DNA of 63,401 bases, the filler included, from Chlamydiia bacterium (GTDB lineage Bacteria > Chlamydiota > Chlamydiia > Chlamydiales > FEN-1388), in the NCBI GenBank assembly GCA_903848235.1. It is 3 parts of 3 records of this genome, joined end to end, with 100 filler letters (N's around TTAATTAATTAA, not from the genome) between each part and the next. Parts side by side here need not be neighbours in the genome. Positions count along the whole stretch, not along the records: positions 26,508 to 55,761 come from CAINFV010000181.1; 2 more parts are not named here. The stretch is one strand, 5' to 3'. The notes below the pieces were generated by a model that was given only the letters and a program-made list of their open reading frames with translations, was not told the origin of the DNA and ran no database searches. Shown piece after piece: positions 38,941 to 49,759 of the stretch; the first letter of the stretch is position 1; each line of letters begins with the position of its first letter. The translations under genes were made by a program, and so were the position numbers.

Positions 38941-39615
38941 TTACAGCTCAGAAAAAGAGGCGATGACACTCAACCCTTTTTGCTGGCAATAGCCCCGTGC
39001 TGCTGTGTCATGGCCGTTCACAAGGATGGGCTGCACGCCGGCGGCAAGCAGCGAATCAATCCCTCGAACGGTATCCTCAAATCCTATAGCACGTCCTGGA
39101 GCAACCTTCAGGATGTCACAGGCAGCACGGTACCCGTCAGGAGCTGGCTTTGGAGCCTCATACATCTCACGAGCAACCCACTGTGTAATGAGCGAAAAAA
39201 CAGGATGGGACGCCTGTACCGTCTTTACGATTTTTGTCGATGAATGGGTCACCACAACCATCGGCTTCTGGAGAGTGGCAAGTCGTGACAAACACTGTTC
39301 AACCCCTTGCATCAGAGGAATGGGCGATGAGGCAAGAAGCTCTAAGAATTTTTCTTTTTTGATGGCATAGAGCTCATCCCACTTCCTTCCAAAAAACAGC
39401 TGTGGCATCTCTCGTTGTATACGACGCGCAATTCCGTCTGCAGAGCCTCCTGCAACCTGAAGATATGTCCGAAAATCCCAATCCAACGTATACCCGAATA
39501 CCTGGCACATCTTTTGATAGGCTTTCCAATGAAGTATCTCTGTATCCACTAGAAGGCCGTCTAAGTCAAAAAGGAAGAGGTCAATCTCTTCGAAGGTTCG
39601 CATGAAAAACTCCAT
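38941..39615 (-). CDS. HAD-family phosphatase
   Basis: FDLDGLLVDTE, PKPAPDGY, FEDT..GI. Confidence 0.92.
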   Translation of the reverse strand: MEFFMRTFEEIDLFLFDLDGLLVDTEILHWKAYQKMCQVFGYTLDWDFRTYLQVAGGSADGIARRIQREMPQLFFGRKWDELYAIKKEKFLELLASSPIPLMQGVEQCLSRLATLQKPMVVVTHSSTKIVKTVQASHPVFSLITQWVAREMYEAPKPAPDGYRAACDILKVAPGRAIGFEDTVRGIDSLLAAGVQPILVNGHDTAARGYCQQKGLSVIASFSEL

Positions 39616-39664
39616 ACCGTGTAGAGTGATAGTTCACATATCTTTCTAAAATGGCAGTTGCCTT

Positions 39665-40504
39665 ATGACACGCATCTTTGGTGCTGTTCTTCTTATCATT
39701 GTCTCATGTTGCCTTGGGATGGCGGCTTCAAAAAAGCTCATCCGTCGCCAACATCGATCTCCTCTTGCCTCGTGCCCTATCTCACGAGCTCTTGACGCAC
39801 CTTCCATCCTTCCTTCGGCCCTGAAAACGGAGGCGCTCCCCGCTTATCCTTGGGAAGGGAATCGAGGAGGGAGGATTTCACCTATTACCAAAGAGTATTT
39901 TCGATGTAAGGGCTCTTCACTGAACCCTCCAATCCCTATCATCAGCGATGGAAAAGTCCTTGAAAACCTCTTTGACTGCCACGGGGCGGACTCGCACAGC
40001 CTCCCCATTCGACATGAGAAAGAATTTATCTATCCCATTCTGCTCGAGCTGGTGAATGAAATCCAAGCTTCTACTGAAAAACCTGTCATCATTACTTCCG
40101 GTCATCGATGCCCAGCCCATAATCGCTATGTGGATCTGTCGCCTAAAAACCAAGCGTCCAAACATCTTATAGGCGCTGAAGTCTCTTTTTACGTTGCACA
40201 ACTCGAGCGCAATCCCGAAGTTGTCCTCAATGCCATCTTTGCCTTCTACCGATCAAACCCTCGATACGCCGCTGTTGGAAAAGCATACACTGAGTTTGTG
40301 AGGTATGACAAGGATGTTGATATATCGACAAAGCCATGGATCAACAAAGAGATCTTCATCAAGCTCTATCTACCCACCGAGGGGAGGAATGGCGACAACC
40401 GTCATCCATTTCCCTATTTCTCAATCCAGGTGAGGTTCGACAAAGACACGAATATGCCCGTCGCCTATTCTCCCGCTGACGCCCAGCATTTCTTACGCCG
40501 GTAA
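39665..40504 (+). CDS. Conserved chlamydial protein with peptidase M15-like motifs
   Basis: ITSGHRCPAHN...ASKHLIGAEV; ITKEYFRCKG; signal/TM N-terminus. Confidence 0.7.
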   Translation: MTRIFGAVLLIIVSCCLGMAASKKLIRRQHRSPLASCPISRALDAPSILPSALKTEALPAYPWEGNRGGRISPITKEYFRCKGSSLNPPIPIISDGKVLENLFDCHGADSHSLPIRHEKEFIYPILLELVNEIQASTEKPVIITSGHRCPAHNRYVDLSPKNQASKHLIGAEVSFYVAQLERNPEVVLNAIFAFYRSNPRYAAVGKAYTEFVRYDKDVDISTKPWINKEIFIKLYLPTEGRNGDNRHPFPYFSIQVRFDKDTNMPVAYSPADAQHFLRR

Positions 40505-40573
40505 CCGGAGGATCAACAGGTCCATAGCGGGGACCCTCAAGAAGATGGCCCCCAACAGAAGAAAGCCTCTCGT

Positions 40574-42694
40574 CTATTTCCAGGCTCGAATAAGCGCCGG
40601 CACCCCTTGTCGCTGAAAGCGATCATTATAGTCGCTATCAGGAATAGTTTTCGCAACTTCAAGAATAATCTGTAAAATATGCTGATCCTCGTCTCTCATA
40701 GGCGCCGAAGGACCCTGTCCCGCCTTATTCCCGAGAAACACCTCTGCTATCATCGGCAATAATCGAAGATTGAGCCTCTCGCCATCAAAATCCAATAACT
40801 CACCAATATTTTCAAGAAACGCTCCCCTACATGCCATCTTCTCTGACATCGCGCCTTTTCTCTGTGCTTGACGGCTCGCAGTACTAATAGCCGTCATCTT
40901 CGCATTCTCTATCTTCCTTCGAACAGCTTCTTCAATAACTCCGCAACCGAAAGAAAAATCAATCATCACAAGCTCGGAAACCTCTATGTGCGGAGATAGA
41001 TTTTCCAGGAAAATGACATTCGCAACAATCCTACTGGCCTCCTCAACTCCAACCGCTGGCCCTTGTCCCCCTCGTGGAATCATTTTGTTTAGGAGAGGCA
41101 GCAGTATCTCTTGTACAAACCTTGCATCCCCTGGACGCTGTTTTAATAACTCAAGCAGGCCGCTTATATCATCCATCACTGCTTGATATGCAGGTAAGGG
41201 AATCTGTTTTTTGAAGATCGATAGCCCTGCCAGAAGTGTTGCGGCTGGTTCTGCCGAATGTCCGACAACATCGAGAAAAACATTTAACACGCTCTCCTGG
41301 GCATATGATGGCGATATGGCAGGCGCCAGCACTTTCTTAGGAACGATAGCCTCTAGAAGAGGAATGAGATATTTTTGTACTAGATCGGCCCTCTCCATCA
41401 CTATGGGGAGCAGCGCTTTCAAATCATCGACAACAGGCCCATATTCTGTTCTGCTCAGAAACGACTCGAGGAACGGAAGCGCCCTGGCCAAAACAAGTGC
41501 AGGTTTGTCTGATTGCTTGGCGCTTGCCAAAATATGATGGAAAAACAGATGGAAATCACGTTGTTCATTTCCCGTTCGAAATGTGTTCGGACGAACAGAA
41601 AACACGTCTGAGATAGGAAGGCCAGATGCTACGACAGTCGCAAAAGTCGCAAGTCCGGGGAGGCTATCTTTTTGAGGAGACGCCATGCCGACGCCAGAAT
41701 ATAATCTCGTTTGGCTCTCTATCCAATCTCCCAAACCAAAATCCACGGCAGGCCAGTTGCCAAAAATATCCAACAGCGGTTTGAGAACCAGAAAACAGAC
41801 ATCTTCATCTCTCTTTTTATTCCCTTCGATCACTGAGATAAATTGTTGTACTCGTTCAATCAAACTAATTCGCGCAGGAATAGACCCACTCTTCGATCTC
41901 AAAAGCGTTAAACAATCTCTCATTGGGACTAGGGGATAGTCCACCAACGACAAACTGCGTAAGAAGAGGGGAATAAACCGTTTGAGCTTCGCGTCTTCAG
42001 GAATTCCACTTCCATACCCTTTTTGGAAGAGCTCGTAGATCCTCTCTGCCGTGGCGCCTTTTGTCAATAGCACACTCATCCCGCGTTGGATCTGCTCATC
42101 TACATCAGGTGTTGCTTCCTCATCAGGAAGGGCGTATGAAAACACCTCTTCAACAAGCTCCTCGGATTTTTTTAGTGTGGGCTGTTCGACTGCTGCATCA
42201 ACAATGTCAGTGATATCTTGAAGGGCTGCCTGTGTTTGAAAGAGATTTTGTTTCGCAACCGCTTGTACAGCCCTTGTCCGTGTTGAAGGAGGGGCCCCGA
42301 CCATGTGCGCCGAGATTCGAGCAGCTTGTTGCGGCTTTGCGGCCCTTGCTAACACAGCGTGTACGTTGATTTCTATAGCACGTTTTTCCGTCCCTACGGC
42401 CTGTGGCATTTGGACACATGTAGAGAAATACCGTCTACGAATCCCCGCCATCACCTTATCATCTTCCAAGACCTCAGCAACTCTTGAGGCAGAAAAGTCA
42501 CCTAATCCCCTCATAAAATTGTAGTAATCGCCCCAGGACATTTGCCCTGTTGTCAAATACTCTAGTGCCGGAACTCCATTGATCGTCACTCGTTTAAAAC
42601 CGCCCCATATCGAAGGCTGTCCAGTTGTCAAAGCCGAATAGGTAACGCTATATGGATCCGTTTTTGGGTCAAAACTACCTGTTGATGTAGACAT
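40574..42694 (-). CDS. Hypothetical protein (effector-like)
   Basis: 706-aa ORF, GGGGG RBS-like site, S/T-rich N-terminus, short internal repeat (FFHHILASAKQSDKPA / FLDVVGHSAEPA). Confidence 0.65.
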   Translation of the reverse strand: MSTSTGSFDPKTDPYSVTYSALTTGQPSIWGGFKRVTINGVPALEYLTTGQMSWGDYYNFMRGLGDFSASRVAEVLEDDKVMAGIRRRYFSTCVQMPQAVGTEKRAIEINVHAVLARAAKPQQAARISAHMVGAPPSTRTRAVQAVAKQNLFQTQAALQDITDIVDAAVEQPTLKKSEELVEEVFSYALPDEEATPDVDEQIQRGMSVLLTKGATAERIYELFQKGYGSGIPEDAKLKRFIPLFLRSLSLVDYPLVPMRDCLTLLRSKSGSIPARISLIERVQQFISVIEGNKKRDEDVCFLVLKPLLDIFGNWPAVDFGLGDWIESQTRLYSGVGMASPQKDSLPGLATFATVVASGLPISDVFSVRPNTFRTGNEQRDFHLFFHHILASAKQSDKPALVLARALPFLESFLSRTEYGPVVDDLKALLPIVMERADLVQKYLIPLLEAIVPKKVLAPAISPSYAQESVLNVFLDVVGHSAEPAATLLAGLSIFKKQIPLPAYQAVMDDISGLLELLKQRPGDARFVQEILLPLLNKMIPRGGQGPAVGVEEASRIVANVIFLENLSPHIEVSELVMIDFSFGCGVIEEAVRRKIENAKMTAISTASRQAQRKGAMSEKMACRGAFLENIGELLDFDGERLNLRLLPMIAEVFLGNKAGQGPSAPMRDEDQHILQIILEVAKTIPDSDYNDRFQRQGVPALIRAWK

Positions 42695-42853
42695 ACTTCC
42701 CCCTCTTTGGTCTTCCCCCCATACGTACCATGGAAAATTTTAAAATACACCATAAATGATGCTGCACTGAGTATCTCTTTGCACTTTAGGTAATCGTCTC
42801 TTGCGTCAAACAGTAAAAAAATACTAGCCTTTCAAAAAAAACGGAGCATACAT

Positions 42854-43927
42854 ATGTCCGCCATTGTGCAAATGGTTCTTGTGCTTGTAGGGTGTCTCTG
42901 CGCATCACTGTCTGCCGATATTGCTGTTGTGTCAGATTACTACTGCGATTCTCTAGGCCTTGACGAGATGAAAGAAGGTGCAGATATTGAAAAATTTCAC
43001 TCATGGCAATACCTGCAATATCTTCTACAACAGCGTGGCGAGACGCTTGTCCTCAACAACCTCCACGACGATGAAAAAGACCGGCTGCTCGCTCCTTCGA
43101 CAACCGCCGTCATCTTTAACAATCCTCCCTGGTGGTCAGGCAGAGATCTCTCTTCGCTATTATCCTCTATAAAAGCAAAAAAAATTCTTATCTGCTGGGA
43201 GCCTCCGACCGTGTTACCGCAGATGTACAACGACCAGGTCCTTTCTCTTTTCGATGCCGTTCTTATCTGGGACTCCACACGACAAGATAACACTCGCGTA
43301 TTCCCCATTCTCTATTCATGCCTTCGCCCAATGCAGAAGACGCTAAAACCTTTTTCAGAACGCCGACTTCTCACTCAAGTTTCACGCAACAAACACTTTC
43401 CCGGACCTCATGAGTTATACACACTTCGAAAGTCGATCAACGAGTACTTCGAAGCCCACCCCGATCTTGATTTTACCTTTTACGGACAGATGTGGAACCC
43501 CGCGTTGTATCAAAAGTGCGGCGGAGAAGTGGGTGACAAAATTGCCACCCTGCAAAATTTTAAGTTTTGTATTTGTTTTGAAAACACTGACCAAATACGC
43601 GGATACATCACGGAGAAGATATTCGATTGTTTTGCCGCTGGGACGGTGCCTGTCTACTACGGAGCTTCAGATATCTCGGATTACATTCCGAAAAACTGCT
43701 ACATCGCGTGGCAAGACTTTGGCGCGATAGAAAAAGTCTATGAACACCTAATGACGATCAAAGAAGATGAATATCTTCAATATCTTAAGAACATACGGTC
43801 CTTCATCGATTCCGAAGCAGGACAGCAATTTTCAAGCCATGCTTTTGCACTGAATATCATCAGGGCTCTCGACTATGGGAAAATGCCAGAGGGGGAGAAG
43901 AACACGGTTGCGGCCAAAAAGACTTGA
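42854..43927 (+). CDS. Glycosyltransferase family 10 (alpha-1,3-fucosyltransferase-like)
   Basis: WEPP; FKFCICFEN...GYITEKIFDCFAAGTVPVYYGA motif. Confidence 0.9.
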   Translation: MSAIVQMVLVLVGCLCASLSADIAVVSDYYCDSLGLDEMKEGADIEKFHSWQYLQYLLQQRGETLVLNNLHDDEKDRLLAPSTTAVIFNNPPWWSGRDLSSLLSSIKAKKILICWEPPTVLPQMYNDQVLSLFDAVLIWDSTRQDNTRVFPILYSCLRPMQKTLKPFSERRLLTQVSRNKHFPGPHELYTLRKSINEYFEAHPDLDFTFYGQMWNPALYQKCGGEVGDKIATLQNFKFCICFENTDQIRGYITEKIFDCFAAGTVPVYYGASDISDYIPKNCYIAWQDFGAIEKVYEHLMTIKEDEYLQYLKNIRSFIDSEAGQQFSSHAFALNIIRALDYGKMPEGEKNTVAAKKT

Positions 43928-43992
43928 ACTTTCACTGGGTTACCCCAACTAGAACCTGAATCTAGCGCGTCTACCAATTCCGCCATGACCGC
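43909..43992 (-). tRNA. tRNA-Leu(CAG)
   Basis: GCGGTCATGGCGGAATTGGTAGACGCGCTAGATTCAGGTTCTAGTTGGGGTAACCCAGTGAAAGTTCAAGTCTTTTTGGCCGCA, long variable arm. Confidence 0.92.
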
Positions 43993-44106
43993 ATGCAACT
44001 CTATGGCTTTACAAAGACGAAACGGAATTGTATGAGCATCAACCCCTTTTTGCCAAGGGTTTAGCCCGAGTTTCGGCCCTCCTGAAGAAAATGTCCCAAA
44101 GGCTCT

Positions 44107-47100
44107 CTACTTCTGAAGTCCCTTCTTCAAAAAGGCAATCGCCTCTTCTTTGGTGCGAGCATTCCCATACTGATCCTTATGTGCAGCAAGATAGGCCACC
44201 AGCTGCTCATCTTCACCTCTCTTTATGTTAGCCTTCAAACAATGCTCAAGGGCATGGATCGCTTTTTCTTGCCGGCTACCAGAGATAATCCTTGGGTTGA
44301 CAGCAACCTCAAACAGCCAAAAACGCTCAAGTAACGGAAGCTCACGTGTGATACGTTCGAGATCCTCTAGGTCCTGCGCGCCAAGCTTTTCAGAAGCGCC
44401 GCCGAGTGCTTTCACCCAGGCATGAAAAGCTCGCTCATCCGTATTCAAACTTCCTGCTGGCTCGCATGATACTAAGGAGCCTTCTGCATCAACATTTTTG
44501 ATGAGATAACGAATATCCTTATCGAGTCTCTTCCCCTTGCCTACTGTCACCCATGACTCTCGTACGTCAAGCCACTCCGGACGGGCAGGAGATCCACCTC
44601 GCACTTCTGCTGCCACATCTTCCACAGGTCGAGCCTCAGGAACGGCTAGACGTGGCGCAGGAGGCGCTACACCACTCGGAAGCACTGGCTGCGGCAGCCC
44701 TTGTTTCGGTGCTTCGACAGAGGCCTCAGTTGTTACAGGGTTTTTTTTCACTGCATTTTCAGCATCTGCAAAAGCGACAACATCCTTCATGACTTCATCT
44801 CTAAATGCAGCGAAAGTGGTAAATTTCTTCCCCCCTTTCAAACCAAAACTCCCAGGAATTGACTTAGAATCTATCTCGAGATCAAGAATTCGGCTCTCTT
44901 TCTCTTTATTACATATCACAAGATGATAGCGATGTTGATCTTTGCTCTTGAAGATGCATCCTACGGGCTTCTTGAGAAATGTAGCATCTTTCTGCATAGC
45001 CTCAACAAGCGGTTGTACATCAGCAATCGCGCCTTGAAAATACTTATACAAAAACACCGCTGTAAACAACCCGGCGAGCTTCTTCAACACCACCTTCCCT
45101 GTGCCAACTCCACTTGACTCGATTTCATGCTCTACAGCTTGGTGCCGCTCAAACCGTTGACGTATTTGTACGTGACTGTACGCGGGATCTATGCCAAGTT
45201 CTGAAGAACATGCCAGAATAAATTTCTCAATGGTGTCAAAGGCCTGTCCTCCCTCTTGAAATGCCCAATGGCCGTCGACAAAAACCAGCGGAAGAGGGAT
45301 TTCCTGCACCTCACCTTCCGGCATCCATACTTTGATGCCATACTTGTTCTCTATGCTTACGCCACTCACACGTGGTTCCTGCCTAGAAACGCGATCCCAC
45401 ATCTTCCCGCCAGCGTTCACTATCGCCCCCAGGACGCCGCTTCCTTTTTCTTCTACACCCCTTGGCGCTATCCACCATGCCTGAGGAAGTTCTATCCGAT
45501 GACTCATCGTACTGATTTGGTTTGATGGGTCATCTCGAACATACAATGGATTCTCATGGATTTTATCATGGACAAAATCATGCAATTGATCGGCCATAAG
45601 GAGGAGCGTCTGTGCGGAGACAAGTCCCGTTTTCGAACAACCAATCTCACCTTGCAGAAGCATCTCTAAAGAGAGATATGGGTCTTTCCCAGATACCGTA
45701 AACTTTCCTGGGTTGCTCATAATGTCAATAACGACATCGTGTTCTTTTTCTCCATCCCACCAGTGGATTGTTATTGTACGATCTTGGATATCTCGTAAAA
45801 GATAAGCATTTTTTGCATTTTTACCTAAGGAACGCACAAGGGAAGAAAACTCGCTAAGGCCCAATGTTGGTGCTTCAAGCCCCATGATTTCCTCACGTTG
45901 AGGCCCCACCTGTTTTTGGATTTCTTCAAATTCCACAGGGAAAAGAACATCGCTAACCCCCAATCCCACCTCTAAGGCACCTTTCACGCTATTTTGGGCT
46001 TCTTGGGGCCATAGAATAATATCCCCCCCCTTGTCTATATCTCGGGAAAGGATAATCTTCCCAGGCTCTGATGTGAAATCAAGGGGAAATGTAGAAACAC
46101 CACCTTCCTTCAATACCGTCAGAAAGAACTTCCCTTCAGCGTCCTTCCATGGTCGGCATGGCGTCATCCCCTCCTGCACAAGCCCTTTCATCGATGAGGA
46201 AGCAGCTATCGTTTCTTCTGCAGCCTCTTGCGTTAAGGCCGGGACTTCACCCCCAACAGCCCGCGCAAACTCAGCTATTGCTTCCGTCGCTTCACAGTGA
46301 CGCTTTTCTGCTATTGGAAGCGCATAGTTAATATGGCAAAGATGCTGGTCATGAAATATTGCCGCGTTAATCTGCTTTTGAAGCTCATCGAATGTAGATG
46401 CGCTATACTCTATCTCCTCAATCTTCACTCTGAAAAGCCTCTTGTTATCATCGATCACAAGAGCCACCGCATTCCCGCTCTCACCTACCCCAATCCGAAG
46501 AGAAGCCTTCTCTTTTTCTCCTGCCTGCTCTCCGGGAGAGACAAACATATACGTCAAAGACACCTCTGAAGAAGGCATCCACGTCTTTAGAAGTCCTCCA
46601 TGAAGCGCCATAGCTGCCTCATCAGCAATCAGTTTTTGATCCAGCTTCTGTTTTTCTGCTGCCCATAGAACATTCATGATAAATGTATCATCCGAGACCT
46701 CGACTCCAAAGAGCTCGTTGATGCTCTTGGCAGTCGTTGCTTCTGTTATCTTCACTTCCTTTTGCGGCTGTCCTTTCTGACAAAAGACATAGGCATCAAC
46801 ATTCTTCTTTCGAATATACCAAGACCCTTCAGGAAGCTCTGAAGGAAGTGAAGAGAGGGCTTTTTCATTCAATTCCTTCATGAGCAGTGCCCGATTCACT
46901 TGTGCTTCTTCAACCCCTTCACGAACATCATCTATTCTCTCACCCAATTCCTTCCACGTAGAAGCTTGTACAACCTTCCCTTCAACCGTTCCTCGAAGAT
47001 CCCCTTGCTCTGTCACTTCTACAACCGCCGTCGGCTGAGAGGGTTCTACTTTTTTCTCTGCCAACGTAATGGCAACCCCATGTTTTTTAGAAAAGTCTAG

Positions 47101-47580
47101 AGGAAGGGTCTTTGCAAATTCCTTCGTCATCGCCACATGCACATCGGCCGAAATCTTTTGAACGTCGACTGGTGTTGTAGAAATTTCCACGTATCGTGTT
47201 CTGGTAAAAAAACCGAAAAATTTCTTTACACTGATCACAGCTTTCTGCCAAAAAGAGAGTCCTGCCGGATACTCATGAATATGAAACTTAGATCTGGTCT
47301 CTTCAAGGAGCGCTGTTGCGGATGTAATGACTCCAGATGCCTTCTTGACTTCGGCCTGCTCTTCTTTCTCGCCAAGCCCCTTGTCTGCCACTTTCTGCAT
47401 ACGCGCTACGACATCATACACCCCTGCTTCAAGATCTGATAACGCGCGTGAAAAGAGACGGAGGTTTTTAGAAGGACCTCGCCGTAGACATTCACACAGA
47501 GAGGAATCCTCATTTGGATTCACCATTTTTTGTAACTGTTCCGTCGCAGCATGAAGTTCTCCAACCATTATCCCTGTCAT
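44107..47580 (-). CDS. Large hypothetical effector with tandem degenerate SH2-like modules
   Basis: GGAGG RBS before ATG 47580; repeated beta-rich units ending F/Y-x-S/T-L/F/I-x-x-L/F. Confidence 0.6.
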   Translation of the reverse strand: MTGIMVGELHAATEQLQKMVNPNEDSSLCECLRRGPSKNLRLFSRALSDLEAGVYDVVARMQKVADKGLGEKEEQAEVKKASGVITSATALLEETRSKFHIHEYPAGLSFWQKAVISVKKFFGFFTRTRYVEISTTPVDVQKISADVHVAMTKEFAKTLPLDFSKKHGVAITLAEKKVEPSQPTAVVEVTEQGDLRGTVEGKVVQASTWKELGERIDDVREGVEEAQVNRALLMKELNEKALSSLPSELPEGSWYIRKKNVDAYVFCQKGQPQKEVKITEATTAKSINELFGVEVSDDTFIMNVLWAAEKQKLDQKLIADEAAMALHGGLLKTWMPSSEVSLTYMFVSPGEQAGEKEKASLRIGVGESGNAVALVIDDNKRLFRVKIEEIEYSASTFDELQKQINAAIFHDQHLCHINYALPIAEKRHCEATEAIAEFARAVGGEVPALTQEAAEETIAASSSMKGLVQEGMTPCRPWKDAEGKFFLTVLKEGGVSTFPLDFTSEPGKIILSRDIDKGGDIILWPQEAQNSVKGALEVGLGVSDVLFPVEFEEIQKQVGPQREEIMGLEAPTLGLSEFSSLVRSLGKNAKNAYLLRDIQDRTITIHWWDGEKEHDVVIDIMSNPGKFTVSGKDPYLSLEMLLQGEIGCSKTGLVSAQTLLLMADQLHDFVHDKIHENPLYVRDDPSNQISTMSHRIELPQAWWIAPRGVEEKGSGVLGAIVNAGGKMWDRVSRQEPRVSGVSIENKYGIKVWMPEGEVQEIPLPLVFVDGHWAFQEGGQAFDTIEKFILACSSELGIDPAYSHVQIRQRFERHQAVEHEIESSGVGTGKVVLKKLAGLFTAVFLYKYFQGAIADVQPLVEAMQKDATFLKKPVGCIFKSKDQHRYHLVICNKEKESRILDLEIDSKSIPGSFGLKGGKKFTTFAAFRDEVMKDVVAFADAENAVKKNPVTTEASVEAPKQGLPQPVLPSGVAPPAPRLAVPEARPVEDVAAEVRGGSPARPEWLDVRESWVTVGKGKRLDKDIRYLIKNVDAEGSLVSCEPAGSLNTDERAFHAWVKALGGASEKLGAQDLEDLERITRELPLLERFWLFEVAVNPRIISGSRQEKAIHALEHCLKANIKRGEDEQLVAYLAAHKDQYGNARTKEEAIAFLKKGLQK

Positions 47581-47804
47581 ACAAAGGTCCTCCCTCATCA
47601 ACGTGATTATAGCCTTTGATCGCACTGCATTGAAAAAAACCTTCCGTGCAACCATAGGCCTGGCTCTTCCATCACAAAACAGTAAAATATTTTTTTTTGC
47701 AAGGCCTAACACTACTGTTGCGCAATTCAAACCTACGTAGCAAATAGGTAACAACGTGGGTCTGAGTTTGAAATGATCCCTTCTTTCAGGTATATTCAGA
47801 TCAG

Positions 47805-47840
47805 TATGCCCAAACAAGTTGAAAAATTGGGAATTTGCCA
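47805..47840. repeat. Solo arm of palindromic family A
   Basis: TATGCCCAAACAAGTTGAAAAATTGGGAATTTGCCA matches the left arms at 8788 and 25688. Confidence 0.75.
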
Positions 47841-47944
47841 CTTGCCACCCTCCCTCCCCCACAATCTCGCCATAAGGGATCTGTAGCTTTAGGAGTCGGG
47901 CGAATTGAGTTTATAATCATGCACGCAACAAGGGACTTTGGACC

Positions 47945-49759
47945 GTGGAGTTTCGTTACGACCCTTCGCTCATTCGCAATTTTTCTATTATCGCTCATAT
48001 TGACCACGGAAAGTCGACATTAGCAGACCGTTTTTTGGAATTTACGGGGACCATATCTAAGCGAGAGATGCAAGACCAGGTCCTCGATGCTATGGATTTA
48101 GAACGCGAACGGGGCATCACTATCAAAGCTCATCCTGTTCGCATGCTCTATCAAGCCAAAGATGGTCGCATCTTTCAGATGAACCTCATCGACACCCCAG
48201 GCCACGTTGATTTTTCCTATGAAGTCTCGCGTTCTCTTTCTGCATGCGAAGGCGCAATTCTCGTCGTTGATGCTGGCCAGGGACTCCAAGCACAAAGTCT
48301 TGCCAATGTCCATTTGGCCATGGAGAGAAACCTCACCATCATCCCAGTTCTCAACAAGATCGACTTGCCAACGGCGGATGTTGATGGAACGCTCCAGCAG
48401 CTCGAAGACACGTTGGCAATGCCAAGGGAAGAGGTCATCCTATGCTCTGCCAAAACTGGCCTCGGAATTGAAGAGCTTCTCGAACGTATCATCGAAGTCA
48501 TACCAGCTCCAAAAGTACCACTGCTTCCTGCCTTGACAAGTCTTGTCTTTGACTCTCGCTATGACCCCTACCGCGGGGTGTTAGTCTATGTACGTATCAT
48601 CTCAGGGAAGATACGCAAAGGCGATTCTATACGCTTTATGGCCGCAGATGCGATATATGATGTGCTGGAGGTAGGCGTCTTCACCCCCGCACAACGTACT
48701 GTAGACTCTTTGTCAGCAGGAGAGGTGGGATACTTTGCTGCTAATATCAAGACCGTGGCTGATGTAAAGATTGGAGATACAGTCACAGGGGCTAAAGAGA
48801 CATCGGCGGTTGCCTTGCCTGGCTTTAAAGTCATCAAACCCGTTGTCTTTGCCGGCATCTATCCTGTTGACTCTCAAGACTTTGAAGCCCTACGCGACGC
48901 GTTTTCAAAGCTGCGCCTGAATGACTCTGCTCTGTACGTAGAGCAAGAGAGCAGCACCGCCTTAGGCTTTGGTTTCCGCTGCGGCTTTTTAGGACTGCTG
49001 CACTTAGAAATTGTCTTCGAGCGCCTCCACCGAGAATTCAATCTTGACATCATCACAACATCGCCTTCTGTCATCTATCGATTTTCTCTACAAAATGGCA
49101 CCGTTGTCGACGTTGACAACCCAGCCCGCTATCCTGATCCGGCAGCCATTTGCATGGTAGAAGAGCCCTATGTCATCTGTCACATACTGACGCCCCACGA
49201 CTATCTAGGAAATGTGATGTCATTGACACTCGACAAACGGGGCACCTGTGTGAAAATGGAGACGCTGGATGCAAAGCGCCTTCTCCTCACCTATCGTCTT
49301 CCGCTCAACGAAATTGTCACGGACTTTGCTGACCGGCTCAAATCAATGACAAAAGGATATGCTTCGTTCGACTATTCCTTTGAGGAATATGAAAAGGGGG
49401 ATATTGTAAAGCTTGAGATTCGAGTAAACGAGGAACCAGTAGACGCCTTTTCATGCCTTATACATAGGTCAAAGGCAGAAGCCAAGGGGCGCGCTATCTG
49501 TTCGAAGTTAGCAGAAGTGATTCCTATGCAGCTCTTCCGCGTTCCCATCCAAGCAGCCATTGGAGGGAAAGTGATAGCCCGTGAAACGATACGTGCCATC
49601 ACCAAAAACGTTACAGCAAAATGCTATGGCGGAGATATCACACGGAAAAGGAAATTGTGGGAGAAGCAAAAGGAAGGCAAAAAACGGATGAAGGAGATTG
49701 GGAAGGTGAGCATTCCCCAAGGTGCCTTTATGAGTGTCTTAAAGTTAAATAATGAGTGA
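47945..49759 (+). CDS. lepA: Elongation factor 4
   Basis: [42 protein letters not shown]. Confidence 0.98.
   Translation: MEFRYDPSLIRNFSIIAHIDHGKSTLADRFLEFTGTISKREMQDQVLDAMDLERERGITIKAHPVRMLYQAKDGRIFQMNLIDTPGHVDFSYEVSRSLSACEGAILVVDAGQGLQAQSLANVHLAMERNLTIIPVLNKIDLPTADVDGTLQQLEDTLAMPREEVILCSAKTGLGIEELLERIIEVIPAPKVPLLPALTSLVFDSRYDPYRGVLVYVRIISGKIRKGDSIRFMAADAIYDVLEVGVFTPAQRTVDSLSAGEVGYFAANIKTVADVKIGDTVTGAKETSAVALPGFKVIKPVVFAGIYPVDSQDFEALRDAFSKLRLNDSALYVEQESSTALGFGFRCGFLGLLHLEIVFERLHREFNLDIITTSPSVIYRFSLQNGTVVDVDNPARYPDPAAICMVEEPYVICHILTPHDYLGNVMSLTLDKRGTCVKMETLDAKRLLLTYRLPLNEIVTDFADRLKSMTKGYASFDYSFEEYEKGDIVKLEIRVNEEPVDAFSCLIHRSKAEAKGRAICSKLAEVIPMQLFRVPIQAAIGGKVIARETIRAITKNVTAKCYGGDITRKRKLWEKQKEGKKRMKEIGKVSIPQGAFMSVLKLNNE

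Noticed and set aside
47581..47862. N-terminal extension of the 1251-aa ORF
   Set aside because: Passes through the family A repeat arm; a strong RBS supports ATG 47580.
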